Assembly: GCF_018350175.1 (NCBI RefSeq)
Contig: NC_058368.1
Coordinates: 191,334,001 to 191,398,000, forward strand
DNA from: Felis catus
Lineage: Eukaryota
Length of the DNA stretch: 64,000 bases
Reading direction: 5' to 3'
This document shows positions 25,268 to 37,769 of this stretch, piece by piece. The first letter of the stretch is position 1. Each line of letters begins with the position of its first letter. The position numbers were made by a program, and so were the translations under genes. The notes under the pieces are model-generated. The model was given only the letters and a program-made list of their open reading frames with translations. It was not told the origin of the DNA and did no database searches.

Positions 25268-25829
25268 AAAAAGAATATTTGCCTCCAAAGTCACTAGCAA
25301 TCTGGTGAAGTAAAAGATAGAAAGTTCTGGGCACAATACCTAAACCCGACAAAGCCCTCACTAGGTATTAGGTAAAAATGATGAACAGAGATAATGCGGC
25401 TAAACTCAGGCATCAATTTAATATTTTAAGGCATATGTGCAAAATTAATATTAAGCCTGGCAGACAGGAAAAACATGAATTACTTGTGCCTTTCGCCTTG
25501 GAAGATGAAAACACAGCACCCATTTTGTGAATCCACAGTACAAGATGACTTGGTCACCTGGGTATCAAGGTGGGAGCACAGATATTCAGCAAATGATCAT
25601 TTACTAGGTGTCCAGTCTGTACCAGGCACATCACAGACAACACAGCTCAATCAGCGCACCTCATTCTCATAGCCACAATGTGCAGCTGATGTTTGTCTGA
25701 ATAGCTTCTGTGATCCAGGCCCGTGTTTGGTGACACATGTCAGTGATGAGTAAAATTAGGAGCTCCAGGTCTAATAGAATTTCTAGTCACTAACTAGTCA
25801 GTAATGACCAATTGGATGAAATGCTTATC

Positions 25830-26029
25830 TGGGCAAGCTTTGTTGGTCAAGAGCCGGAGAGTGAATATTTTAGGTTTTGGAGGCAGTGGTCTCTGATACA
25901 ACTATTCTACTTTGCCACTGTAACACAAAGCAGCTCCAGACAATATGTAAACAAACAAGCATGCCTGCATTCCAATAAAGCTTTACTTGCAAAAACAGGA
26001 GACCGGCAGGCTGCAGTTTGAAGATCCCT
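25830..26029 (+). mobile_element. MER58A (hAT-Charlie) within an L2 remnant
   Basis: GTGAATATTTTAGGTTTTG..CAACTATTC..TTGCCACTGTAACACAAAGCAGC..TTCCAATAAAGCTTTA. Confidence 0.85.
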
Positions 26030-27699
26030 GGATAGTGGAAGAAGCAAGTAACTCACAGCCTTGGGGAATTAAGAAGAGCTTCACTAAAACCGGGAGGGGG
26101 GAGGGGTTGCTAAGTGAGCAGTGCTTTGAAGAAACAAGGCTCCCTAGAAAGTCAGAAGGGAAAAGAGAAAAGGTACCTCCTGGCAGTGGGAATGACAGGG
26201 CAAAGTCATGGAAGCATTAAAGGACACGGCTTGTTCCAGAAGAGTGAGGTACCATGAGAACTGGGAGAATGGGGTCAGAGAAAAATGAGCAGAGATTTAG
26301 AAAAAGCCTTTCTGCACATAGCTCTGTGGTGGTTGGAAGCCAAGTTCATATTATCTTTCGGTATTTCTAAAGGTCGAGCTGCGTTTCCCCTCCCAAAGCT
26401 AAATGATAACATGATGCAGTTCAAAAGCTGGTCATATCAAATTGCCATCTAATCATTTAATTAAAGCCCCATGCTGGCACCAGCCATCCTCAGGGCCCAT
26501 TTTTCATTTGGGCACATTTCATTACACTTTTCAAAGCAAATTTGCCTTTTCAAAGGCGAAAAATGCAAATGACTAGGTTTGAAAGGAAATGCATAACACT
26601 CTGCATAATGACAGGGATTTTCTTGGAAAGCAGTGAAGCACAGACAGAGCTATCTTTAGGGGCTGAGGGTGGCTTATCAGCCCTATAGGAACTCTACATG
26701 ATACTTCATTACAGCACCAGGATGCAAACGGAAGTGAAAATACCAAATAGCAGAAAGCAAACAGCCATCCCCGTTTCCTTTTTCAGCATCACTGAAACCA
26801 CATTTTGAACCAGGATGCATCCTCTGGACCGGCAAGACCAAGGCAGGCATTGATAAATGGAGGACATTTATAGTGTGGCCAAGAAAATGATGAAAAGCTG
26901 GGAGGGACTGACCTGTTCAAAGATAGGAATAGGAACACCTAAAGGCCGATTAACATAAAGCATTCACAGGCAAATTAAAGTATGTTCAAAAAAAAATATT
27001 CTCAGGAATCAGAAAACACCCCCCCATTGAGACAGCATAATGTATGTTGGGGGTGTGCCCAGTAAGAGAATGAAAGTGACCTTAATAGAAATCAGCATCT
27101 TCCTCCTAGGGTCCACAGAAACTCTCAGAAGCACTGCATTCCCAGTCACTTGGGTCTTTCACCTTGGAAGAACAAAGCGCAGCACACATTTTATGAATCC
27201 ACAGACCCCAAAGTGAAAAGCAATAATAGTCCAAATGGGAGAGACTGGTACTAAAAGAGTTAATTCACTCTTTACCATCAGGGAGAGAAGAAAAGCTTAA
27301 CTTCAGGATTTCAGGGAAAGCACTTCACCCTGTGAAAGCACCACCAACAGCATGCTGAGGTTTAGGGTCTCCACAAAGTTCAAGGTTGCAGACACTTTAG
27401 ATCTGCGGCCAGAGTGCGTGTGGATCTCTCAAACAAGAGCTTCTGACCAGGGAGGTTCACTAGTTCTGGAACTGGAGCTGGTTAGCTCAGCAAAGGCCTC
27501 ACTCTACAATAGGCTAACGTCCTCATTCTATTCCTCATACAGGAAGGACGCTCATCCTTAGCCAGGCTGCCTGCAGACCTAGGCAGATGGAACACTACCC
27601 CAAATGTGGCATTCAGTTCAGAGTACCATCCCACCTCACAGACAAGGGGGAAAACTAGAGCACAGTAGGACGTTTTGATATAGCCTGCCTCACATGTTT

Positions 27700-28155
27700 T
27701 TTTTTTCCATTTAATTTCAATTATAATGAAATACAATATACCTACACAAAAGTGCACACATCATGATCACCATGAACATACCTGTGTAGCAAACAACTAG
27801 GGAAAAAAATCATAATAATTACTTTAGCACCAGAAGTTACCCTCATACCCTCTTTAAGGATGACCACTGCCCTGACTTCGAACAACATAAGGTAGTTTTG
27901 CACGGCTTGTATTCTTGCGCAAATGGAATCATATAGTATAGCCTATATGTCTGGATTCTTTGGGCCTAAATTAAGTTTGTGAGATTTACACATATCATTT
28001 AGTCTAACTGTAGCCGGATCTTCCTCGTCGCTGAATAGATTACCATTATGTGAATATACCACAATGTATTCATCTATTCTACTACTGGTGGTAGCTTGGG
28101 TTATTTCCCGCTTTGGGCTTTCAAAAATAGTGCTTGCCATGCCTTTTGGTGAGCG
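27700..28155 (-). mobile_element. Old L1ME 3' fragment
   Basis: AAAAGTGCACA, AAATGGAATCATATAGTAT, TGAATATACCACAATGTATTCATCTATTCT. Confidence 0.75.
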
Positions 28156-28744
28156 TGGCAGATTTTGATTTGCCACTTTGATGTGGGAAAAAACATGGTG
28201 GCATGGCATTTTGACAGGGCAATGTCAAATTTGTCCTGTTAAAATGCGAAATCCCCTTCTTTTGTTTAGGGTAATGTATGAAGGAGACATTCCTGGTTTA
28301 CATGGACCATCCTCAAGTCTGTCCCTGTCCCCCACGATCCTGTCTAGTTCAAGGGGCTGAGACTGAGGAGAAATACACAGAAATGAACACTTAAGAAGCC
28401 TGGCAGATCACATACAATATTAAATCACCCACCTAAAAGAGAGAACAAAATATGCTTTCAAAACCACGTAAGGATTCCTTAAAGAAGAAATTTTAGGTAA
28501 GAGGGTTTCCTGCCTCCGGCACAAGAATCAATAATTACAACAGACTCTGACAATTTGAAGAGTATCATGTGCTAGCAGTTGTTAAAAGAGAGAGAATATA
28601 TACAACTCCCTATAATTCAAGCCCTCAGACAGGAAAGGCTATAGAAATAGAGAGGAAAAAAAGATAAATTCTGCCTGCCAGGAGCAGGCTCAGGGAGACA
28701 GAAGGGTGAAAGGCTTTGGGGCAGGGAGATGCAGTGAGCATTTG

Positions 28745-29540
28745 TCGGGCCTTCCTAGCAATGATTCTCCCTTTCTTTCTGAATCACATCCCAAATTTCT
28801 CACCTAGTGATTACAATGGTACTTAACCAATCGCTGGCTTTAAGGGTGGACACAGACTGACTAGGATCCAACTAGGATATCCCATGTTTGTAGCCTAGTT
28901 ACTGGTTCAGAGATGTGTTTAATCCACTTCCGAACCAATCCACAGAATTCCTTCTCTTGGTCACAGACATTAGCCTGAGGCCGGTAGGACACATGACCTA
29001 ATAAGATAATTCAATCACTGTAACATGCAGTCTTTTTGGTGAAGGTTAAAGCACAGACTCCTATACTACTCCATTCTGGCCTAAGTGGTATGAAATAGAA
29101 GCTTTGGAGAGAAAAGTTGGATATGGCAGCAGGGGCATGAATCATGTTCTGATAATATCGTTTTAGTCTCAGACGGAACTGTAAGTGATATAAGACGCAT
29201 TTCCAGATGTGTCTTACACAGGTTAATAGACCCTCTTTTTGTTATTTTTTAAGTTTATTCATTTATTTTGAGAGAGACAGAGAGGGAGAGAGGGAGGGAA
29301 GGAGGAGAGAGAGCATAAATGGGTGACAGGCAGAGAGGGAGGGTGAGAGAGAATCCCAAGCAGGCTCCACATTGTCAGTGCAGAGCCAGACATGGGGCTC
29401 AACCCCATGAACCATGAGATCATGACCTGAGCTGAAATCAAGTCGGACATTTAACCTACTGAGCCACCCCAGGCACCCTGTGGATCCTCTTTTTAAAAAT
29501 CCAATTTGAGTTTGGTTTTTGACTTGCTTGCAACCTAAAC
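28745..29540 (+). mobile_element. Old MaLR LTR (MLT1J/K-like) interrupted by a Can-SINE
   Basis: ACTGGTTCAG, CACATGACCTAA, ends CCAATTTGAGTTTGGTTTT..CTTGCAACCTAAA. Confidence 0.6.
29245..29478 (-). mobile_element. Can-SINE
   Basis: Reverse-complement SINE; eroded TSD GA(C/T)CCTCTTTTT. Confidence 0.93.
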
Positions 29541-29742
29541 TTCCACAAAGTGAAATAAGCGAGGGCTGATCTGGACGTGGAAAGGATAAGAGGCATTCAA
29601 CAGGTAGAGCTGGCATGAAATTGTGTTCCAAGAGTAAGCACAGTAGGATGAAGGCAGTAAAGGAGGATCTGTGGGCAAACCCAAGTCAAGAAAGGCACCA
29701 CAGCAAGGTGGGAGACTGTACTATGCGTTGGATTAAGACAGA

Positions 29743-30023
29743 TCAGAGGTCAGCAAAAATTGTTGTGTTTGTAAATATTTTCAGTTTTGCAGGCCAGATG
29801 ACTTGTGTCACAACTACTCAGCTCTGCCACTGTGGTATGAAACCAGCCACAGTCAACACGTAAACAAATGAGCACATTCCAGTAAAGCTTCATTGATGGA
29901 CACTAGACTTGAATTTCACATAACTGCCACATGCCACGAGGTACTGCCCTCATTTTGGTTTCTTCAATCATTTGAAAGTGCAGAATCATCCTTAGCTCAT
30001 GGGCCATAATTTGTGGACCCCTG
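29743..30023 (+). mobile_element. MER58B-like hAT transposon
   Basis: Termini CAGAGGTCAGCAAA / TTTGTGGACCCCTG; CACAACTACTCAGCTCTGCCACTG; TGAATTTCACATAA. Confidence 0.85.
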
Positions 30024-30215
30024 AGGTAGAGAGAACACAAAACTTCTATATTCATATTCTTCTTCGACCATATGTTAGGTATCTAACACTGGACAAATTA
30101 CTTAATCTCTCTAAGCCTATAACTTCATTGAAACGATAGGGACCATTATAGGTCATAACCCATAAATTTGTTCCAAGAATAAAATAATCTAATGCATACA
30201 GAAATGCTTAGCAAT

Positions 30216-30436
30216 GGGGTGCCTGGGTAAGCTCAGTTGGTTAAGCGAATGACTCTTGATATGGGCTCAGGTCATGATCTCAGGGTTCATGGGATCGAGA
30301 TCCCCACATTGGGCTTCATGTGCTGCCAGCAAGTAGCCTGCTTGGGATTCTCTCTCTCCATCTCTCTCTCCCCGTCCCTGGTTCATCATGTCCCCTCTCT
30401 CTCAAAATAAATAAATGAACATTTTTTTTAAAAAAA
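30216..30436 (+). mobile_element. Can-SINE
   Basis: Head, body and tail; TSD G(A/G)AAT(G/C)CTTAGCAA. Confidence 0.92.
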
Positions 30437-30568
30437 GGAATCCTTAGCAAATTGTCAGAAGGACAGATGAGAAGTGAGGACCTATTTAAGGTAACTCATA
30501 GTGTGCATTTCTAGTTTAGGGAATGCAGATGTTTATTAGCATATTGCTTTTCATTTCAGTGCAACATT

Positions 30569-30570
<2 letters not shown>

Positions 30571-30609
<39 letters not shown>

Positions 30610-30821
30610 GTTTGTTTGTTTAGTTATTTTGAGAGACAGACAGAAAGAGAGAGAGAGAGTACAGGAGAGGGGCAGAGAGAGGGAGAAAGACAGAGAGAAT
30701 CCCAAGCAGGCTCTGCACTGACAATACAAGCCTGACACAGGGCTCGAATTCAGGAACCGTAAGATCATGACCTGAGCCGAAACCAAGTCAGACGCTTAAC
30801 CAACTAAGCCACCCAGGCACC
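30571..30821 (-). mobile_element. Can-SINE with a (TG)n microsatellite at its tail (30571-30605)
   Basis: Reverse-complement head CTTAACCAACTAAGCCACCCAGGCACC; TG run of about 17 units. Confidence 0.92.
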
Positions 30822-32152
30822 TCTGCGCTCACTGTTTTTTAAAAAAAGAGGTCATGATTTTTTTTGTGTGTGTGATAGGAGGGTACCCTGCTCCCAGTCC
30901 TACATCATGCATTTCTTTAGAAAAAAATTCTTTCGCAGAGACTCAGCTGAGCTAATAAAAATTTTAAAACCCACGGTCACTTCTGGTTTGAACTGCATTC
31001 GTCGGTTTAGATAATTTATTCATTGACTAATTAGTTCAGCCAAATCTTAGAGACTATGTCTCTTTCTATGAGCCCAGATGGTACCCCATCACACAGATGA
31101 TGGGGAATAAGACCCCATACTCTGTTTGTCAGACACCCCACTGGGTAACTGATAACCAAAAAATGGTTCAGTAAAGATTTGCATTTAAGGTCTCTTAAGG
31201 TCCTCTGATTCTCTCCAGCACACACTAAAGATCCTAACCCCATTTAAGATCATTAGCAAATCCCAATCTTCATAAATATCACAGGGGAGCTAATGAGACG
31301 ACTTAGAGAAGGTTTGCAGCTCATTGTATAAGAGGGCACCAAGCCAGTTTGATTTCTCTGGTCCAGGCTACAGGGAAACCAATGACAGTTTGCTTTTGCT
31401 TGAGGGATGCAAACAAAAAACAGTGTAATTCGGTTGAATAAATTTGTTAAGGCAAGAGACTGGGATCCATATTAATAGCAATGCACCTGCAATTGAAGGT
31501 GTATATTTTTCTCAAACTCTTGCCTCTCAGGTGGGCAGTCACCAGGTAAGCAGCATGTCTTTATTGAGTATGCATGTCAGGAACTGCACTAGAAATTTCA
31601 ATGTATCGTCTTAGGAAATCTTTACAATTACCCTATGAGGTAGGTCCCATTTTCCCAGCTTTACAGGTAATAAAGGTCAGGCTCAGAAAGATCATGCTCT
31701 CGCTCAGGTTCCTAGAGCTGGGGAGCTGTGCTCTCCTCTCCATCTCTCCCGCATATCTCTTTGCCCACTCTTGGGGTCGCAGTGAACAACAGCACTGTGT
31801 TCCAAACCAACATGTGCCAGCGGGGGGGTAGTAGGCAGTCAGTTAAAAATTGGTCCTTCCTGCTCTCTTCCACCTCTGTCTCACATGCTATTCTTTAACT
31901 TAATCTTGATTGCATTAATTTTCCAAAATACCTCTGTAAGTAGTTTCTCTCCCTCTGGGAGCTGAATACTCTTATACCCATTTTACAGATGAAGAAAGTA
32001 AGCCTGGGGGAGGTAAAGTAACTTGCTCAAAGTCCCAAAGTAGTGGACGAATGAGCTCTATTGCTACCTAGATCTGGGCCCAAAGATCACAGTATTTCTA
32101 AGATTCTAAGACTTTGAGGAAAGTCATAAAGGTTCCCTCTGTATCCCCATTA

Positions 32153-32325
32153 TTTTTTTTAATGTTTATTTATTTATTCTGAGAGAGGGAGAGAAAGAAT
32201 CCCAAGCAGGTTCCACACTGTCATCACAGAGCCCAGTGCGGGACTCAGTCCCATGAACTGTGAGATGATGACCTGATCCAAAATCAGGAATCAGACACTT
32301 AATTGACTAAACTACCCAGGTGCCC
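32153..32325 (-). mobile_element. Can-SINE
   Basis: Reverse-complement SINE; TSD TGTATCCC(C/T)ATT. Confidence 0.92.
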
Positions 32326-33005
32326 GTGTATCCCTATTCTTACATAGAAAATTCCATCTTTTTGGAAACAACTATATAAAAATAAATACAAATTATAAGT
32401 CATTTCCGAGATCCTTAAAAATGTATGCCTATGTAAACTATATATATATAGTTTAGGGGTTTATGCTAATATTAAGCTAATAATCTGAGCCTCAGTTTCT
32501 TCAACTGCTAAATGTGGCTAATAATACCAATACTACTAGGTTGTTAGAAGAATTAAATAGGGAAATAAGTAAACCATCAGTACTCTAATGGCTATTAAAA
32601 AGAAGCCTGCCTATCTTTCCATCTGTGTCCACCCACTCCCCCACACATCTACCTCTCCCTCTCACTATCCATCCATCGCATATGTTTGCTGACAGAATGA
32701 AAAGGCAATGGTGTGGAAAGCTGGTTTCCTGGCCCACCTCCATTACCAGATCCACTGCTCTAGTCATCTCTGCCAGGCTCTGTGGTCCCCATCCATAAAA
32801 TGAAGGGTTTTGCTGGATCATCCCTAAAATGCCCAATATTTTCAGACTCCATACAAGTTCATCATCACCCTAGTACTCCATCACCCTAGGTTACCGCTAC
32901 ATTCAGTTTCCCAGAGCGCCAGGCAAGGGGCAAAATCATGTGCAGTTCTGTCCTCATGATTCAGCTGGTTTGGGTGGCCACATATTCCAAAGAAAGCTAT
33001 AATTA

Positions 33006-33216
33006 GGGGTGCCTGGGTGGCTCAGTCGGTTAAGCAGCTGACTTTGGCTCCGGTCATGATCTCGCAGTCCATGAGTTCAAGTCCCATGTCAGGCTCTGTG
33101 CTGACAGCCCAGAGCCTGGGGCCTGCTTCCGATTCTGCCTCTCTCTGCCCCTCCCCTGCACATGCTCTGTCTCTCTCTCTCTCAAAAATAAATAAGCATT
33201 AAATTTTTTTTTTTAA
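33006..33216 (+). mobile_element. Can-SINE (feline type)
   Basis: TSD AAAGCTATAA(T/C)TA. Confidence 0.95.
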
Positions 33217-34378
33217 AAAGCTATAACTAGTCTGGGCAGTGGCTGATGATTTCACTGTGGTTACATAAACAGTAACTTTCAAGCCACCAAGGCTGTATTG
33301 TCTGGATATTAAAACGTGCTCTGTTTAAGCTAGAAGTATCAAGCTCTATTTAAATCTCTAGAAAGATTGAAAAAGAAGAAATCAGGGAGGGCATAACCCT
33401 ATCAGTATTAAAATAATGTTGTATTTTTTAAGGTTTCAAAATACCATTAGGAAAAGAGCTTTCATATTTATCAAAAGTCTAACTACTTGGCAAACATTTG
33501 ATTAAACTCTCTCAGCAAGAAAAATACAGTAGAAACATCAGAGACTTGGAAGCTGGCTACACCTGGCTTCAAATCCCAGCTCTGCCCTAAGTCACTGGAT
33601 GATTTTGGGTCATTAATCTAATCTTTAGTATCTTGATATCCTCAATTAGAACACGAGTATAATGAGAACTAACTTACAAGATGATTATGATGATGAATGA
33701 AATAAAATATGCAAAACATCTAACAAGTGCCTATGACTCACAGTACCTCAAAGTCAACATGCCCTAAACAGAAATAAGAATTGTTTTCTTCTACAAACCA
33801 GCAGTTTGCATTCCGGTGTTTTCTGCCTCAGTGGACACATGCAGTCACTCAGATGCACCAACCAAAAGCCTTAGGTTTCCTCATCACCCTCCTACTGCTT
33901 ATAACATCCTCCTTCTCATCTGCTTACCTCTTCAATTTCTCGAATGCAGCCCCCTTCGATCCACTTCCACTGTCACTTTTCATGCTCCCACCCTGTCGAT
34001 CTGAACTGCACCATCCCACCTGAACTGGCCTCTTCACATCTGTCTCTGTCTCCCCTCCAGTTGACTCTCCACAAAACATCCAAAATGATCTTTTAAAAAG
34101 CAAATCTCCACATGTCCCTCCTTGCCATTCAGCCCTCTGGGTTCCCTCATACACCTAGGATGTGACCAAATTTCTCACTGTGATCTTCAAGGCTCTGCCT
34201 GAGCTGGCCCCTGGCCATGTCTTCAGTTCCATCTTAACTCACCATCCACCTTGTCCTCTGGGTTTTGGTAACACTGGCCTTTCCTGTATGCCTGGAGGGT
34301 TCCTGGTGCTCTCCAGCCACACAATTGGTACTGATGCTTGAATACTCCCCTTACCAGCATGTATATAGACCTCTATTC

Positions 34379-34598
34379 TTTTTTTTTTATGTTTATTTCT
34401 TTTTAAGAGAGAGAGAGAGAGAGCAAGAGCACAAGGTGGAGAGGAGCAGAGAGAGAGAGGGAGACACAGAATCCAAAGCAGGCTCCAGACTCTGAGCTGT
34501 CAGCACAGAGCCTGGCATGGGGCTTGAACTCACAAACTGGGAGATTATGACCGGAGCCAAAGTCAGATTCTTAACTGACTGAGCCACCCAGGGGCCCC
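34379..34598 (-). mobile_element. Can-SINE (feline type)
   Basis: Reverse-complement SINE; TSD ACCTCTATTC. Confidence 0.94.
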
Positions 34599-34860
34599 CA
34601 TATACCTCTATTCCTAAGGGAAGTCACTCCTGACACCTGAGGTTGAGTCAGCCCTCTGCACATGCTTTCATGGCTTCCCAGCCTTTTCCTTACAACCTAT
34701 GATCACTTGCACTTAAACACTGGTGTAATGCTTTGCTTGCACAGGCCTTGCACTAAAATCTATAAATTCAGTGGGCAGATGGGATCATTTCTGTTCTTAC
34801 TGTCATTTTTCTGGTAACTAGTATAGAGCCAGGCCCAGAGTAGGTGTTCAATAAATATTT

Positions 34861-35223
34861 GTTTAATTCTTTTTTTTTTTTTTTTTTTTTAAGTAGGATT
34901 CACACCCAGCAGGGAGCCCAGTGCAGGGCTTGAGCTCACCACCTTGAGATCAAGACCTGAGCTGGGATCAAGAGTAAGACACTTGGGGCACCTGGGCGGG
35001 TCAGTTGGTTAAGTGCCTGACTCTTCATTTTAGCTCTGGTCATGATCTCACAGTTCATGAGTTTGAGCCCCATATCGGGCTGTGTGATGGCAGTACGGAG
35101 CCTGCTTGGGATTCCCTCTCCCTCTCTCTCTGCCCCTCCCCTTCTTTCTCTCTCTCAAAGTAAACAAATAAACTTAAAAAAAAAGGTCAGACACTTAAAT
35201 GAATGAGGGGCACCAGATACCCC
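34861..35223 (-). mobile_element. Older Can-SINE split by a second SINE
   Basis: Poly-T tail 34870-34890, body to 34984, head resumes 35197-35223; TSD TCAATAAATATTT at 34848-34860 and 35224-35236. Confidence 0.88.
34985..35182 (+). mobile_element. Can-SINE nested in an opposite-strand Can-SINE
   Basis: GGGGCACCTGGGCGGGTCAG head; TSD GT(A/C)AGACACTT on both sides. Confidence 0.92.
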
Positions 35224-36404
35224 TCAATAAATATTTTTGAATCAGTGAGGATTCTCTCCCTTTCTTTTCTTCCTTTCCCTGATCTCCTTCCCTCTCAACC
35301 TTCTACAAATATTTACTGAATATTCACAATATGCCAGTTACTCCATTTCGTGCTCTTAACATTCTTTTCCAAGCTCTGAATATTTCCAGTAACATGGACC
35401 TCATTACTCCCCCAAATTTTCGTGTGGGGACAGTTCCGATAGCTCTTTTTCAAAACAAGAGCTTTATAAAATTTATCTCTATGCAGCTTCTGTTCATTTG
35501 TACATGTGGCTTAAGTTTTGCACTCAAAATCAGAATAAAACCATTGGTGTTTACAAAACTCTTGGTATGTGTTTGCTACCTCGGGCTACCACCAATATGG
35601 TGAGATTCGTCCTCCGCTTCATGGTTCCTACATCTTCAATAGCATGCCCAAAGGCAGACAAAAGGAAATCTATTTAAAAAATTACCCTGATGTCATAAAT
35701 GTATGTTAACTATCAGCCTGCAAAGACAGAAAATAGGAGAGGCAAGTATAACTGAAACTTAGGGACAAATTTACAAATCTACAATCATAGATTCATCATA
35801 CTCTTGTAATTTTTGGTTAGACTATCCATCTTTGCCACTAACACATGAGTTTCTTGAGGGTAAGTTTATATCTTCATAGTGTACGTCTTGGCCTAGCACT
35901 TAGTACAGAATGCCCTCAATACAAAGTTGTTGAACAAATGCAACAATGATGGCTATTACAGTAGCTTTCTTTTTTCAAGTTGAACAACGAAAACCTGTGT
36001 TTTATTCTGGACTCTAACTTTTGATGTCATGTGGGCAAATGAGGTAATCAGTATATTGAGATAGAATAATATCTGTAATAGATTGTTTCTGTTTAAGTTA
36101 TAAAACAGTACACATAGTGTGATTCCATTTGAGAATGGGGAAAAAACACATATGTGCCCAGAGATAGATGCACAGCATATGCCTACACATTGTCTGATAT
36201 CCACAAACCCTTAACAGGTAGGTGTTTGTAGGAAGTGATTTGCCTAAGTGGGGCACACACATTTACTTTTCATTTCATACCAAACTGTACAGTTTTGGAT
36301 TTGTCTGGATTTTGATTTGGTTTTACCTTAATTTACAGTAAGTATATATTACTTTTGTGATTAAAAGAAACAACTTACAGAGTTATTATGGAGAGCAAAG
36401 TGAT

Positions 36405-36700
36405 CAGGCTGATAAAGGGTCTGGATGCCATGGGAAAGGAATAACCACAAAGAAATGGAGACATTCGGCCTAGAGAAGGCCAAGGCAGAACACAATAACT
36501 GCCTTCAAACTCTTGGAGGGCTGTTGGCATGCAGGAAGCAGCCGAGTGCCCTCTGCAGGGAAGAATGAGGATCACTGAATGAACAGAAGGCTCAAGATGC
36601 AAATGTCAGCCAACTGCAGTGAGGAAAAGTTCTTTCCCACCTTTGAGCTATTCAACAGAAAAATGAGCTGCTTTGAGGTAGCCAGTTTGACATCAGAGAA
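36405..36700 (+). mobile_element. L3/CR1 LINE 3' fragment
   Basis: GGGTCTGGA..CCATG, TTCGGCCTAGAGAAG, ATAACTGCCTTCAAA..GAGGGCTG, GAGCTATTCAACAGAAAAATGAGCTGC. Confidence 0.65.
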
Positions 36701-37259
36701 ACAGAGATCTCTGCAAAAGAGAGTCTGTGAATAAATTTCAGGGGTCAGTGAATCCCTAACCGTAAGTTCAAAACGGTGTGCGTGTAGACATTTTTCAGAG
36801 GAGCAGTTCGGTAACTTGTTTCAACTTCCTGTAAGATTCAGTGGCCCCAAAATAAAGAAGCACTCGCAGGGACAGGATAACTACATATCATTCCAGAGAG
36901 CACGGGGATTCATGTACTCTTGAAAAATCTTCATCATCTCATCTATAGCAAATATGAAAAATTAGAAAAAAAAAGTACAGTTCCAGAGTTTCTTGGTTCT
37001 CCCTGTATACAAATTATGTAACGTTCAAAATTACATATGACAGTTTATTGAAGGCAAGGACTATGTCTCACATAGGGCTCTTTTTCCTCTATAGCAAACA
37101 CAGCTTCTTGTACAAAGTAGGTGCTTAGTAAATGTTGAATAAATACACGAAGCAATATAGGAGCACATTTCTATGAGAGAATTTTCCCTTTTGACTGCTT
37201 GATGTAGTAATTACATCAGTAGGGCAGAATTCCATATAGGAATCGGTAGTGGTGGAATG

Positions 37260-37475
37260 ATCATAACGACAGTAATGATAACTAAAATGTTATTAAGCAT
37301 GTACTATGTGTCAAGCACTTCATTAAGCTTTTTATTTGTAATAGCATGAATAATTCTCACAGCAACTATTTAAGGAAAATGAGGCTTAGATGAATTAAAT
37401 GATTTACCAAGGTTATATATCTAGGAAGTGATTCACATCAAGGCAGATCAACTACAGCATGTGAGCTCTTCACTT
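37260..37475 (-). mobile_element. MIR
   Basis: TTATTAAGCATGTACTATGTGTCAAGCACT..GGAAAATGAGGCTTAGA..CCAAGGTTA. Confidence 0.75.
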
Positions 37476-37769
37476 CTATGGAAAATTCTACTGAGAGTCT
37501 AATAATAATACCTGGATGTTGGTGTCACCTCTGTCACAGCTGTGTGAAAAATTTAGGCAAGGTACTTCTCTACCCTTTATTTTTCACATTTGTCATGTGA
37601 CAACAGTATACTAAGAAAAATCTGGGAGACGGCATAGCATGGTGATACAGAGCATGGGCTGTGTTTATTCATTATTAGCACATTTTACTCTACACACTTG
37701 ATAGTAATTATAATATTTGCTTTGAAATCTGCCAGTTCTAACAGCTGGGTCACCTTGGGGTTACCTCTG

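Larger units (their letters stand above)
33800..35245 (+). mobile_element. L2 LINE 3' region carrying three SINE insertions
   Basis: AAATGATCTTTTAAAAAGCAAATCT, TTCAAGGCTCTGCCTGAGCTGGCCCC, GTAGGTGTTCAATAAATATTT. Confidence 0.8.
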
